Shown here piece by piece: positions 29,043 through 42,639 of a stretch of 64,000 nt of DNA. Source of the stretch: Eledone cirrhosa (taxonomy: Eukaryota); assembly GCA_964016885.1 (NCBI GenBank), contig OZ024740.1, forward strand, positions 239,630,001 through 239,694,000. Direction: 5' to 3'. Under the pieces are notes generated by a model, which was not told the DNA's origin, did no database searches, and saw only the letters and a list, made by a program, of their open reading frames with translations. A program made the position numbers and the translations under genes. The stretch's first letter is position 1; the number at the start of each line of letters is the position of its first letter.

Positions 29043-29265
29043 AATAAGTCTTTCTAACCTTGGCACAGAGCCAGCAATTTTGGAAGGAAGGGTAAAATGG
29101 ATTATATCGTACCTATTACTAAAATGGCAAGTTATTTTATAGACAACAGAAGCACGAAAGCAAATGTAGGCCGCGGCGGAATTTGATCTCAGAACATAGA
29201 AAGTCACAACTAAGTATCGCAAGTAGTTTGTCTACTACGACACCAATGCTGCAAATCCACCGGCC
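29043..29265 (-). mobile_element. Older diverged tRNA SINE
   Basis: TTTCTAACCTTGGCACAGAGCCAGCAATTTTGG...GGCGGAATTTGATCTCAGAAC. Confidence 0.65.
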
Positions 29266-29739
29266 TCACCACCAAGATAGTAATAAAAAAAGAACTATAA
29301 TAAAACAAAAACTAGAACAAAAACAACGAAATCAAGATCGCCATCACAAAAATATCAATGGTTATTTATATTTCATGCCAATCATTTAATGTTGAGAAAA
29401 AACAACAGTGGACATTTCTATTAGAATTTATGTCTCTCTGACATTCAAGAAACATATATCCAATGTTAGTCCAAATATATTTACTGTTTTATATACAACA
29501 AAATCAACACACAATAAGTTTAAAATATTACATAAAGAAGACAAATATCATCGCTTATTTTGCCAGAAATAACTTGTCTCAGATCGCGAATTCTTCACTT
29601 TATCCATTTCTTCCTTGTTTACAAATTTCCTTGATGCGTACATACACATATCCGTTCACATATATAATATATATTATATATATTTTCAAAGATAGTCAAA
29701 AGCAAATGGGAAGTGGCCATGATTACTGCGAGTTCCCTG

Positions 29740-30010
29740 GGCTGTCGAGATTGATATATATTTGATGTAGATATTGAAAATCTGTAGTTTGTTGTTTATT
29801 GGGAGAAAATGTAGAGTTACGCTTCTGGGAAAGAGAAGACTGCGAGAAACATCTTTTGCTAGATCTGCAAGCTGAATGCCATGAATGGGGAAGTAGAGAC
29901 CAACGGATCGGTTGGGTTTGATTAGAGAGGTTATGCATCTAGGTAGTTCAAGAGGTTGAGATTCTGCTGTTGTAGTGGGAGGTATAGAAAACAAACATGT
30001 CAATGGTTTT
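29740..30010 (-). pseudogene. Decayed LINE ORF2 3' end
   Basis: SRSLLFPRSVTLHFLP...LQIF resembles the SFFPRT..LWN.LP terminus; similar remnant at ~52980-53170 (+; YYNGCCS). Confidence 0.4.
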
Positions 30011-30931
30011 AGTAGTTTGATTTATTATTTGGTCATCTGTTGGATTGGTCTCCCGCCGTTAATAGTTTAAGATATTTGGGCTCAGCAGAAATACCTTTAT
30101 ACATATATGAGTAGTACGCTTGTATCGATCTTTACCCAATTTTCTCAGCTATTATCGATAATGATCAACTGCTATTACAGTCATTTGGTACGTTTCGTAT
30201 TCTAACAATTCCAAATTTTTCAAATTTCTGACTCTTAACGCTTCGACAACTCAAAAGGTATATAAATATGTTTAATACAGCTTTCTTACAAGCATTGATC
30301 AGTATAGTACGGAAATAGCAGCCATGAAGTTTTTCACGGCGCCGAGACTCTAGTGGGAATTATTCTCTATCAGGAGACATTTTTCAGGATTTTACAACAG
30401 AATGGACTTCACTAAAGTCATCCAAGGTTCCACGCATTATTGTTAAATTAGGCGACAGATTAAGCCAAACACCTAAGAAGAGAACGGACCTTCTGACAGT
30501 GTTTCATACAGTTACCGTTCATCAAATTTCCCACACATGGCACAGGCTGTCTAAATGAATCTGAAACCATAAGGTTACGAAAGGATTTCTTAACTACACA
30601 GGTATTTTTTCATGTAAATGAACAGAATTTCGTTTTACAAAATTAATGGTATAGCCACTCGCTCATTGTAACGACTAAGTGGTTTAGTAGAGAGAGAATT
30701 AATATTAATGTTCATCAGCTTAGTAATAAGTGGAAATGAATATTGACATATGGTTATCAATAGATACCATGTTCAGCGCACAGTTGGTGACTGGACTGCT
30801 ATAGAATATCAGATGACGCCAAAGAATTCATTTTTCATTAGAATTCAATAGCAATCTAATATTGAATTTGCTAAAAGCATATTTAGTTCTGTATTTAATT
30901 GTCTTTGCTGGCTGTATCAACGGAAAAATAC

Positions 30932-30985
<54 letters not shown>

Positions 30986-31101
30986 ATAATAATAAAATTG
31001 AAGACTAAAATCCAAAGAGGGCTCGATAAGGAAAATATATATCAAATATATAAGAACCGTAGAGCAGCGATTCTTTGCTTAAACTTTAATCTGTTATTTT
31101 A

Positions 31102-31137
<36 letters not shown>

Positions 31138-31140
<3 letters not shown>

Positions 31141-31290
31141 TTTTAATATAGATCAGATTCTATAGGACTAGAACTGTTTCATTCTTGAGAAATCATCAGG
31201 AATCTCATCTATATTAAAACTTTTATACTCTGCAATGTATTGAGTACCTTACTTACTGTGGTTACCTCCGATTCAACCCGGAATAACGTA

Positions 31291-31291
<1 letters not shown>
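31138..31291. mobile_element. PLE tail with its HHR (31155-31205) inverted
   Basis: Same family as 27098-27231; junction lies in GAATCT. Confidence 0.75.
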
Positions 31292-31332
<41 letters not shown>

Positions 31333-31361
31333 CAATATCGGAGAAAGCTTTTTAGCGATAC

Positions 31362-31406
<45 letters not shown>

Positions 31407-31724
31407 ATGCGTTTATATAATATGTATGTTAAAAGGAAATGGTGAACAAGTATTTCAGGTTCAGACACGATATAATGATTTATTTGTTAGTTGTATGAAA
31501 ATCGTTTTATTCTTCATTAAATATATATTTTAGAAATGTTTTCATTGATTACTCTTAATTTCAAGTATTCATTTTATTCTCAACTAGATTTATATCAGGT
31601 AAATTTGATAGGCAAGAAAACAATTTCGATAATGTTTGTCAAATGATTTCTTCACTTATATTATTGATAAGAATATTGTTTATATGTATGTTCTTGTTTT
31701 ATTATTTTGGTGAATTGTCAGTTT

Positions 31725-31893
31725 GGGTAGAGGGTCGGACATGCTTTCCAGCATAGTTACGTCCCTTTACAATCTGAGTTCAAAACCCGCCGAGGTGAAC
31801 TTTGCCTTTCATCCATACAGAGGTCGATAAAATAAAGTACCAGTAATGTACTGGTTAATTGGTGGCCTTGTGCCAAAAGTAGAAACAATTATT
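31725..31893 (+). mobile_element. tRNA SINE
   Basis: GGTAGAGGGTCGGAC...GAGTTCAAAACC...GGCCTTGTGCCAAAAGTAGAAACAATT. Confidence 0.9.
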
Positions 31894-31898
31894 TTATA

Positions 31899-31951
<53 letters not shown>

Positions 31952-32599
31952 ACACACACACTCACTCTCTCTCTCACTTAGTGAACATTTATAAAATAAT
32001 GATTTCTAGTATAGGCACAAGGCCAGTAATTTAGGAGGAGGGGAAAGTCGATTAAATCGACCCGAGTACGTTACTGGTGCTTTATTTTATCGCCCCTCCC
32101 GCCTTTGCCTTTCATCCTTACGGGGTCGATAAAATAAAGTGCCAGTAACGTACTGGGGTCAATTTGATCGACTTTCCGCTCCCCCCCCCAAACAAATAGA
32201 GAGAGCGAGATAGAGAGTGAGAGAGTGAGAGATAGAGATAGAGAGAGAGAGAGAGAGAACCGGTTTCTAACATACTAAACTCTTTCATTGGAATTCTGGC
32301 AGCATCAACTTAGTAAATAAGTGTGTTTGAATATGTGCAGGTATGGATGTTATTGCACGTGTGAATCTATATTGTTTGATTTATACGTGCGTATGTTTCT
32401 TTATCTATACGTGTTATTACATACTAAATTTCTCAAATGTTTTACATATATTTACTATTCGTAACCTTTCGGGTCCTGTGAAGCCCAGCTTCTCAACATT
32501 TATACTGAGGCAGTTAGTAACATATGCCGGAGCCACAATGATCTCAGGTACAAATCTAAAGACATAGTATTTTGCCCACTGCATCATGTATTATAGGTA

Positions 32600-32787
32600 A
32601 ATAATTGTTTCTACTTTAGGCACAAGGCCAGCAATACCCAGTGCATTACTGGTACTTTATTTTATCGACCCCGTAAGGATGAAAGGCAAAGTCAACCTCG
32701 GCGGGATTTGAACTCAGATCGTAAAGGGACGTAACTATGCTGGAAAGCATGGCGTCCGACCCTCTACCGATACCGCCAATCCACCGC
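32600..32787 (-). mobile_element. Full-length tRNA SINE
   Basis: TSD TTATAGGTAAATAAT at 32590 and 32790. Confidence 0.92.
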
Positions 32788-33039
32788 TCTTATAGGTAAA
32801 TAATAACGTCATTACATCTTTGGACAGCTGTTTATGATGCGGGTGACATCCTCGGTGATTATTTCGCAGGGTCTTCATTTGTTCTTACATCTGGGCGTTT
32901 TGCCTGCATCCTTATCTCTTTTGTGCATTTGTCCTTCGATTGCAAAATGAAAGCCAATATAGCGGTCGTTAGCCCAAGATAGACCGCTTTGCTAATCTAT
33001 ATTACACGTTACTTTGAAACTTTCTGGCAATGTAAAGAC

Positions 33040-33812
33040 GCATGACCTTTGCTGATAAGTATACAGCTTTTCATCTATGGATTGGTTGCGGTATTGCTGT
33101 GCAATTTCCCTATATGTGGGTGTTTGGTTATCATGCAGGGAGTATTTCTCAAGGAGCTCCTTCCCAACTCTCGTGACGTTATTTGCCTCATATAGACAGA
33201 CTTGTTCTAGAGATGGGCTTCAATACTTGCTGGTTCGTAGATCTCGGAGGGATATGATGCGATACTCAAATACTGTTTGAACGGTTGTTAAGCCTATGCC
33301 TCTCTATTTAAGTTTCAGGTAGAGGCAGTCTGTATCGCTGTTGATGTTGAAATCTCCAGTGCCGCTTAGAACATTTATGGTTTTAACATCAATGGCTCGG
33401 ATCTCATCTAGCGTCCAGTCATGTAACCCAAATTTTATTGACAGCATAGGCACAGCAAACACATTGTGGGTTATTGATTTATTGCGCGCAGAGTTCAGAA
33501 GAGACATTTTTCTTATTCGGATGTTACATTCCCTGGTTACTCGTTCCTTGTTATAAATTCCAACATAAGATATATTTTCATATATCCTTAAGTATCGGTA
33601 GCAGTCCTCATCAGATAATGGTGAAACAGTCAGGCCATTGATAGACATGTTGCTAAATTGTCTTGTAGTTCTTCCTCGATTTACAATAAAATCGAGACAT
33701 TTATCCTGGCCAAACTCCATTCCTATATCTTTGAATAGCGTCGTAACCAATTAAAGGTTTTTCTTCATAACATTTATATTCTTGGCATAACATTTCAGTT
33801 CATCCACATGTA
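33040..33812 (-). mobile_element. Decayed R4-like RT fragment
   Basis: VDELKCYA, FKDIGMEFGQDKC, YRYL, DCLYLK..RGIGL. Confidence 0.75.
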
Positions 33813-33845
33813 TACATGATGTATGTATGTATGTATGTATGTATG

Positions 33846-34500
33846 TTTTCTCTTTATCTTAATTTCGAGTATATTTTTTTGACCGGCCACCTTCCTGGTG
33901 GCAAGGTTGTAAAAGAAAAGAAATTGTCATCCCTTGAATCGCAAGAATGTTTTGCAAATTTTGAAGGTGCCAGCTATCGCAGCCATTTGTAGACTATGAA
34001 TTAGGGAGCTGCGCTTTTTGTCTGCAAATCCAAGTTCGGTCATACTTTGGTCCAAGCGGGTTGGTACCCGTAGCACCAATAATGATGGGTATGAAGCTAA
34101 AGGTGTTTCTTGGATACTGGATTTGTAAACTCCTCATCAATGGTCCGTAGATGTCCTCCTTCTCCTGTATTTTTCTGACAACGTTTACATCAAGTGGGCA
34201 GCTGATCTCCACAACAGAACACGTTTTCAATGTGTGGTTCCAAACTACAATATCAGGCCGGTTGTGCTTTAATTTGGTGGCAGTTTTTATTTTCAGGTTC
34301 CACCAGTATTCCTTAGTGCCATCTGTCTCAATATATTCTTCCTCGTTTGTTGTTAATTTTGTTTTCCGAAGTGCGTTCCAGATAGTTCTAGCTATCCCAT
34401 CGTGTCTCATGGGAGGTAGTAGCGAGATGACATTCTTTCGCAGCTGGCAACAATGTGGCTTACATCCTCGATCTTTGTTTTACATAGCCTACATTTATTG
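33846..34500 (-). mobile_element. R4-like RLE 3' fragment ending in (CATA)n
   Basis: RHDGIA, WWN..IKT..KLKHNRPDIVVW, EISCPLD, EKEDIY, IPIIIGATG. Confidence 0.85.
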
Positions 34501-34585
34501 TCAGCTGCTGGCCCTCCTCTTTTGTATGTATGTATGTATGTATGTATGTATGTATGTATGTATGTATGTATGTATGTATGTATGT

Positions 34586-34888
34586 ATTATGTGAGCAATA
34601 AAAGCTCACTATAAAAGATTCACGGCACAGGCATTGCTTTATATCTGGAGATCTCTCTGCACTTGTCATCACATGGTACCATGGTACTATGTGTCAATAA
34701 TTGTCACAAGTGTAGTGTTTGTACCAGAGTTTTCAAGTCGCTGGCTGGACTAAAAAGTCACACTCGTTTAGCGCATCAGTAAGGGTTCTCCTACATGGAT
34801 ATAAAGTAGTGGCCTTACTCGAAAACGAGTTGGCAGCCACCATGTATGTATGTATGTATGTATGTATGTATGTATGTATGTATGTATG

Positions 34889-34919
<31 letters not shown>

Positions 34920-35052
34920 GTGTAGTGTTTGTACCAGAGTTTTCAAGTCGCTGGCTGGACTAAAAAGTCACACTCGTTCAGCGCATCGGTAGGGGTTCTC
35001 CTACATGGATATAAAGTAGTGGCCGTACTCGAAAACGAGTTGGCAGCCACCA
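34586..35052 (+). mobile_element. Two 5'-truncated copies of the RTE-derived non-autonomous element
   Basis: 34586-34842 and 34918-35052 match the 3' part of 35792-36361; each followed by (TATG)n. Confidence 0.8.
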
Positions 35053-35099
35053 TGTATGTATGTATGCATGTATGCATGTATGAATGTATTTATGTAGCT

Positions 35100-35590
35100 G
35101 TATCGACCGCAAGTCTCCTTCTCGTAAACAAAAAAAGACTTGAAGTGGTGGACAGCTCTGTATACCTTGGAAGTACACATTGTAAAGATGGTACAGACGA
35201 TGCTGAAATAGGTCACAGGGTTGCGAAAGTGAGTCTTGCATTTGGGAAACTTGAGAAGCGAGCCTGGTCAGATTGGGGTATCACAAGCAGCAGAACGCTT
35301 CTGTGTATGTGGTCTGTGTTCTTACAGCTCTGTTATTTAGTTGTGAAACGTAAACAACTTACAGGCATCCATCAAGAAACTGGAAAGGTTTCATCAACAT
35401 GAATCCGACACATCGTTAGCATCAAGTATTTGTCTTACACACCTGATGCTGCTGTACTTGAAAAAGCGGGTAGCTCCAGTATTGAGAGGAGAATTATTAT
35501 GAACCAGATGCGTTGGGCTGGTCATGTGGTCAGGATGGAAGATGGAAGGCTGCCTCAAAAGTTATCTTATGGGAAACTGACCAGAGGGAT
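35100..35590 (+). mobile_element. RTE (BovB-like) LINE ORF fragment
   Basis: LEVVDSSVYLGST, DAEIGHRVAKVSLAFGKL, QMRWAGHVVRMEDGRLPQKLSYG. Confidence 0.85.
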
Positions 35591-35791
35591 GTTTTATGTA
35601 TGCTTTGTATCTGTACATGTGTATATGCAGTTATTAGATGTATAAATTTGGAAAGTTTTACATATTTTTACTGTTTCATTAATGGATTGTACTTGTAATT
35701 TCCTGACTAGTCTTGTATGTAAGTATGCATGTATGTATGTATGTATGTATGTATGTATGTATGTATGTATGTATGTATGTATGTATGTATG

Positions 35792-36361
35792 TACAACCTG
35801 TCCCATGGTCGGGTCGTTGGCGACTAAGTTGGCAACCCCACCAAGGTTTCTTGGTGAGGAGGGTGACTTTGGACATCCTGCAGGACTAAAAACAAAACCT
35901 ATCAAAGGGCAAAGGAGCTCGTAAGAGTCAATGGCCATCCAAAATCACCGGGAGAGATGACCCCTTAGCCTTTGTCAAGGCAGAATTCTAGGAGAAGGAA
36001 ACCTCTGATATAACACCTGCAACTCTGATGGTATCCAATGATGTTGACTTGTTCTTCTTATTGGTAAATATCATCTTGGTTAAGAGAGTGAGACTGGCTT
36101 TGTGCAGTGCCTTTGCTCACTATAAAAGTTTCATGGCACAGGCATTGCTTTATATCTGGAGATCTCTCTGCCCTTGTCATCACATGGTACCATGGGCCCA
36201 GTACTATGTGTCAATAATTGTCACAAGTGTAGTGTTTGTACCAGAGTGTTCAAGTCGCTGGCTGGATTAAAAAGTCACACTCGTTCAGCGCATCGGTAGG
36301 GGTTCTCCTACATGGATATAAAGTAGTGGCCGTACTCGAAAACGAGTTGGCAGCCACCATG
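35792..36361 (+). mobile_element. Bipartite non-autonomous RTE derivative (5' UTR-like part + 3' end)
   Basis: CTAGGAGAAGGAAACCTCTGA RTE-like 5' motif; 36228-36299 encodes [23 protein letters not shown]; (TATG)n tail. Confidence 0.65.
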
Positions 36362-38116
36362 TATGTATGTATATAGGTAGGTAGGTAGGTAGGTAGGTAG
36401 GTAGGTAGGTAGGTAGTTATGGAGCTGCAGATATTGATGGAATTGTATGAGTGTCATAGCTTCGTTTTAAACCTGGTGGCGCTCATCGCTCTATAGGTCT
36501 GAACTCAGCCGATGTTTCTGGAGATGGAGACACTGGCAGGGAGAAAGTAAGAAAGTAATATATAGTAAGAATCAACCCCAATGCTGAATTGGCATTTTTT
36601 ATCGATTTTGAAAAGATGAAGGGCAAAGTTACCCTCGCTGTGTTTTAAACTAAGAGCGCAGAGATGGAACGAATACCGGAAAGCATTCTATCGACGTTCT
36701 AACGACCCTGCCAATACGCTGCCTGTGACGGGAGAATTAGGCTCTTTCGAATTTCTTATCTAATATATAAGTTAAAATTCAAAGCAAAATCCTGTACTTT
36801 ATGACTTATTCAGACAACCCAAGCCAAAACCTCAAGTGGTTAATAGTCTTCACTAGTTTTATTAACTGAGTGTGTTTTACCAACTACCACAACTCATACA
36901 AGACTACTCCCAGAAATGCAAAATATTGAGGCGTGCAATGCAGTCTTCAATGTACTTCACGACTTTAATTCTACCAGTTATATTCTACCAGGCTAATCAT
37001 TACGTTTACATACACATCACTTGTAAAAATAAACCTCTGTTTATTTCGAATCAGTAAGGTAATTAGTCATTCCAATACCTTTACATTACTTTGAAACAGC
37101 AGCGCCCAAAGTAGAACTGTAGAAGGGAATGTTATCTATTATAAAACATTTAATTAGTTTTTAGTCGACTAATAACTTACTTGAAGCTAAATATTCAATT
37201 TATCAATGTAAATTTTGTATATTAATTTTCTTTCCTTCATTCTAGAGTTTCAGCAATTTTCACCACGATTGCTCTTATGGAGTTCAAAATGTCAAGTTGC
37301 CAGCACGATATTTTGTCGTTGACTTGCTGATCTGTCATATTTCAATTATAATTGAATGCAAGTTTAAAATGCTTTTCAATAAATTGTAAAATTCCCCTAA
37401 TATAAAAATTCCACTTAGGTATGCTACTTTCTTGATGCAATTATATGAAGCAACAGAAAATATATTATGTTTCAATAGAATTTACAAATTTTCTCTCATA
37501 TGCAACATTTATAATTTAGGCAACGACAGCAAATTTGGGTTATTCAGTTAAGTCTGATTCTATTTGCATATTCTTATTAATGGAGTTGTATTTTAAAGAA
37601 TATTTATTATGTTTTATAGATTATGGAATATTTGATATTACTCTCATCTATTATTTCAAAGAAAAGTAGTTTTAGTAAAACATAAAAACATTAAATAATA
37701 AAATCTCTTTCCAAATAATTTAACTTCACTATCTAACACTATCCATTAGAATAAAAACTTTAGAATGTTCTCATTTATTTTATATTTTTTAAAGTAATAT
37801 CAGAATATATTCATAGCAATAATTATGTCGATAATATTCAAAATAATATATTTGTTCTTATATCTCATAATGTGTTTTTAATACAAAGACGTATACATCT
37901 ATTAAATTTGAAGCAATATGCATATTTATCTATGTATCTGTGTATTTTCTTCTGGTTTTATTATTTTATAAATTGTCACCAACAGAAAGAGAGATTCGGT
38001 TTCTAACATAGAAACAAGGATCTTTGAAAGGAATTTAGACAACACCAATTCGGTAAATACGTTTTTATGTCTGTGTTTGCGTTAGTGTGTGTGTGTGTGG
38101 GTGTGTGTGTGTGTGG

Positions 38117-38191
<75 letters not shown>

Positions 38192-38729
38192 TTTTTCCTT
38201 CTCTTTTCACTCCTGTTCTTGGCCTCTGACACAGCTCTTTAAAATTTTAATACCACTTATGGAGAGCTGATTGGACGGTAGAGAAGCTGCCCTAGTTGTG
38301 TAAGACGTTGTAATATTGCAATAGCTACAGTGGTTCTTCCAATGGAATTATCATCCAACCTTACGATAAGGTTTTGTAGTAAACCGATATTATGCTGCCT
38401 TGCTGTAAGATACAGAAACACGCCTATTGAAGATCTGTCACGGACATTAGACTCTACATCTTCTCAAGTGGATGACCATGGGAATAAGCATGTGACAAGA
38501 CAACCATATCAAATAGCTCTCTTTAGTTTAATACAGCATTTGCATTGCTTTGGCATTTAAACATTTGTAATACACTGTTGGCAACAGCATAAATTTATGA
38601 ACCACAGATGAATTTACGAAATTTGATTACTGGTGAATTTGCTGGAAATCTAGATAATAGAAAAAATCACCACTACTCACTCCTATCATCCTATCACTTT
38701 CCTATCTTGCTTCTGTTTTGAGTTTTTTT

Positions 38730-38784
<55 letters not shown>

Positions 38785-39008
38785 TTATTTATTTATATAT
38801 ACAATATATATATACAATTTATATATACAATATATATATACAATATATATATACACATATATATATATATGTGTATATATACATATATATATATATACAC
38901 ATATATTCGCGAAAAGCGAAAACCAACCAAACAGTGAGTGTGTTCTGTTATTAATTCTGGAAATATTACACAAATATGACCCTCCCCAAGTATAACAATA
39001 TATATATA

Positions 39009-41681
39009 TTCTCCTTCTCGGGTGAGTTTTACCAACAGGTGACGGGGGTAGCCATGGGCACAAGAATGGGCCCGAACTATGCCAACCTTTTTGTTGGCCA
39101 TGTTGAGGCCCAAATCTTTGCCCAGTACACCGGCCCCACGCCCGAACTGTACGGTCGTTACATTGACGACTGTATCGGAGCCACGACCCTCACCCGAGTA
39201 CAGCTCGACTCCTTTCTCTCCTTCTTCTGCTCCTTCCACCCCTCCCTCCACTTCACCACCTCTATCTCCACCACCCACGTCCACTTCTTGGACATCTCCG
39301 TCGCCTTCGACCCCTCCCACCACTCCCTCGTCACCTCGGCCTTCTTCAAACCCACCGACTCCCACTCTTACCTCGACTTCACCTCTTCCCACCCCACCCA
39401 CACTAAACTCTCCATTCCCTACTCCCAACTTCTCAGGATCCGCCGCCTCTGTAGCCGAGATGCTGACTTCGAGTCCCAGGCCCTTTCCCTAGTCAGCCAT
39501 TTCATCCGCAGAGGTTACCCCCCCTCTCTCGTCCACACCGCTCTCACCCGCGCCCGTGCTATCCCCCGCTCTACCACCCTCACCCCACGCCACCGCACAC
39601 CCACCCACCGTCTCCCCTTCCCCATCACCTACCACCCCTCCACCTTACCCCTCCACCGCACCATCCGCCGCCTCTTCCGACACCTCCAGTCCGACCCCTC
39701 CACCTCCCACATCTTCCCAACCCCACCACTCCCCTCCTTCAAACGCGCACGCAATCTCCGCACCCTCCTCGTCCACAGCTACCTACCCCCCAACCCACGC
39801 TCCGTTCCCCCCCCGGTTCCTTCCCCTGTTCTAGGCCCCGCTGCAACACCTGTCCCCACATCACCAACACCACCACCTTCCAGGGTCCCAACGGCCACCC
39901 TCTCTCGGTCCGGCATGCCTTCCGCTGCACCTCCTCCAACCTAGTCTACGGACTTCGTTGCACGAGGTGCAGCGCGACTTATGTCGGACAGACGCGACGC
40001 CGCCTGGCGGACCGAGTCACGGAGCACCTCCGGGACATTCGTCTCGGGGGCAGTTCCCCCATCGCCCGCCACTTTGGTGGCCCTGGACACTCCGCACGCC
40101 ATCTCACAGTCTGTGGCCTACTCCAGTGCCACGGAACACCCGCCCATCGCCTCACGGTCGAACAACGTACTATCTTCATCTTACAGACCCACACTCCCCC
40201 CGGCCTGAACTCCCCACCCTTATTCCTTTAGCGTTCGACCGCCCCCCTCCCCCACTTATCCCCCACTAACACCACTAACACACCCCTCCTTTTCACCGCC
40301 CACCCCACACTAACAATACTAACACCTCCACTCCACCCCTCATCTGACCACCCTTCCCCAACTAACATACTAACATCCCTTCCCTCCCCTCTTCTCCTCC
40401 TCCCCCCTCCTTATCACACGCACACACTTACACCACCCACCCCACACGCAACTAACATCACTAACACCCTCCAACCCCACGCACACGTACCCACACACCC
40501 TCGTACACCACCAACTCTACACACCCTACCCCCACTAACCCCCACTCACACCTGCATTCTACCCCTCCCCACCTCCCGTCTACTAACACCCACTAACACC
40601 TCCTCACCAAACTACACACACACCAGTACACCACACTCCCTCCATAGAACCACACACACCCTTCTCTCCCCACTCCACACTCACTCATCCCACTAACACC
40701 CCTACTAATACACACACACACACACATACACACACCCTCCTCACTCCAACTCTCACACCTACCCATCCTCGCCTCCCTACCATTCCGCTGACTGCTGCTA
40801 TGCCCTTCCGACCACTGTCTCAGCACCAACTGACCACAGCACTTCCACTGCTGACCACTTCCTGTTGCGCGCGCACCCCACATCTCTCCTCTTCCGACCA
40901 CCGCTTCTTGGATTACCCACACGCGTTTTGACTTCCAACCAAAATCTCCATACATCCGTGTAACTTACCACTTTCAACCATCCTCTAACACCATCACCTA
41001 TATAACTCACCCACACACACATCCCAAAACAATTTTTTTTATCCACACGCCACCCACACCCAGAACACGCTTAAACCACACACACGTGCTTCCCACCACA
41101 TATTTACACCCTCAGCCCCCTGATTCCTCTCCCCCCACCCCCTATCCACACACGCACAGACCCTCCGACACACAAAAACACCCCCCACCCACACCTTCCT
41201 GAACATGCAACCCCGTTCTTCCCCCAACCCTCACTTTCACATACACACACACACACACACGCACACCTAACCACACACACCGAGCCCTCCCCGCTCGGAC
41301 ACCCCATCTCCCTCTCCCCACTCCACCCGCCTCCACCTCTACTCACCCCACACCCTTCCACCACCTGTTTACCCCCCTTTTAATTTCAGTTTATTTTGAT
41401 CATGCCTTTATTTTTAAATGTTCTCATTCCTTGTATTTTGATCATGCTTTATTTTTATTTATTATTTATTATATTTTTGTCTTTATTTGTTAATTTTTCA
41501 TTCGCACCGTTTCCTTTCGCTATATGTCTCTCCACCACTCCCCTACACACCTTTTGAACTCTCACCTGAAGAAGGGCTTATGCCCTAAACGTCGTCCTCC
41601 ACCTACCCCCCACTCTCCTGAGCGTGAATTTAATAAACATTTGTCGTACTGCCTCTCTGTTCTGTCCCTGTTCAATTTTTC

Positions 41682-41685
<4 letters not shown>
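39009..41685 (+). mobile_element. Neptune-type Penelope-like element, 5'-truncated
   Basis: YQQVTGVAMGTRMGPNYANLF, RYIDD, FLD, KPTDSHSYL, IPYSQ; after a frameshift, C..PRCNTC linker and VY...YVGQT GIY-YIG; C-rich 3' repeat; (TA)n both sides. Confidence 0.93.
41561..41596 (+). ncRNA. Hammerhead core, G12 mutated
   Basis: CTGAAGA-A-GGGC-TTAT-GCCC-TAAAC-GTC-GTC; GAAA intact in sister copies. Confidence 0.45.
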
Positions 41686-41726
<41 letters not shown>

Positions 41727-41994
41727 CCGGTCAAATTCCCGAGATTGTTCTTTTCAATGGCTGATAATACCTTATCGGCCCCACTCAAATAAGGTAATTA
41801 TTTAACCCATAAACATAAATGTGGCTTTATAGGTATTACTACTCCTGGCCAGAGCAGAGGTTTCTGTTAGAATCGTCTAACTTCGTGAAATCATGGATAA
41901 TGGAATAATTATATTGTGTTGTTTATTGCATAATTATATATATATATGTCTGAATTACTGTTGGCTTCTTGTTAACATTAATTTCTCTATTTTC

Positions 41995-42095
41995 ATCGAC
42001 CCCGTAAGGATAAAAGGTAAAGTCAACCTCGGCGGGATTTGAACTCAGTAATGCACTGGGTAATTGCTGGCCTTGTGCCAAAAGTAGAAACAATT
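41995..42095. mobile_element. 5'-inverted SINE with 20-bp TSD
   Basis: TSD ATTAATTTCTCTATTTTCAT at 41977 and 42093; 41995-42048 minus, 42046-42095 plus. Confidence 0.85.
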
Positions 42096-42639
42096 AATTT
42101 CTCTATTTTCATTTATATATTTATACTCGGAATTTTTCCTTGAGTGCTTAAAATTATTTGTGACTAATCCCGGTTTTTTTTAAAACCGCGATAATATTGC
42201 TTTATGCTGAACTCCATATCTTTTGTTGAGTTTTTTTTTCGAAATGTTTTGACTGCTGTTTCTTGTAAACGGACATTCGTCTCATTCTGACGTCACTAGC
42301 CCTGTCTCCGTGTGTGTTTATTAATTCAATTCCACACGAGATTTGACTAGCCTGCTTTTAAATTCCCCTTTGGCATATTATAGCTGTGGCGCTTAGTTAA
42401 CGTGGTTGAACACTACTGAGGGACGATTCCAACCGTGACTAACCCCACCGAAAAGTTTCGTGAAATGGTTTTTTTAAGACTATATAGTGCATTTGTAGAT
42501 TTTTCCAAATTGGCGGATAAGTATTTATTCTTAATTTAATTTTGAGTTAAGATTCTATTGGTTTTTTCCCCGGAATACACAAAATCTGTGGATAAAATAA
42601 TAAATTGGAGTGAAAGCAACTGGTGCGTGTGTTTCTTAT

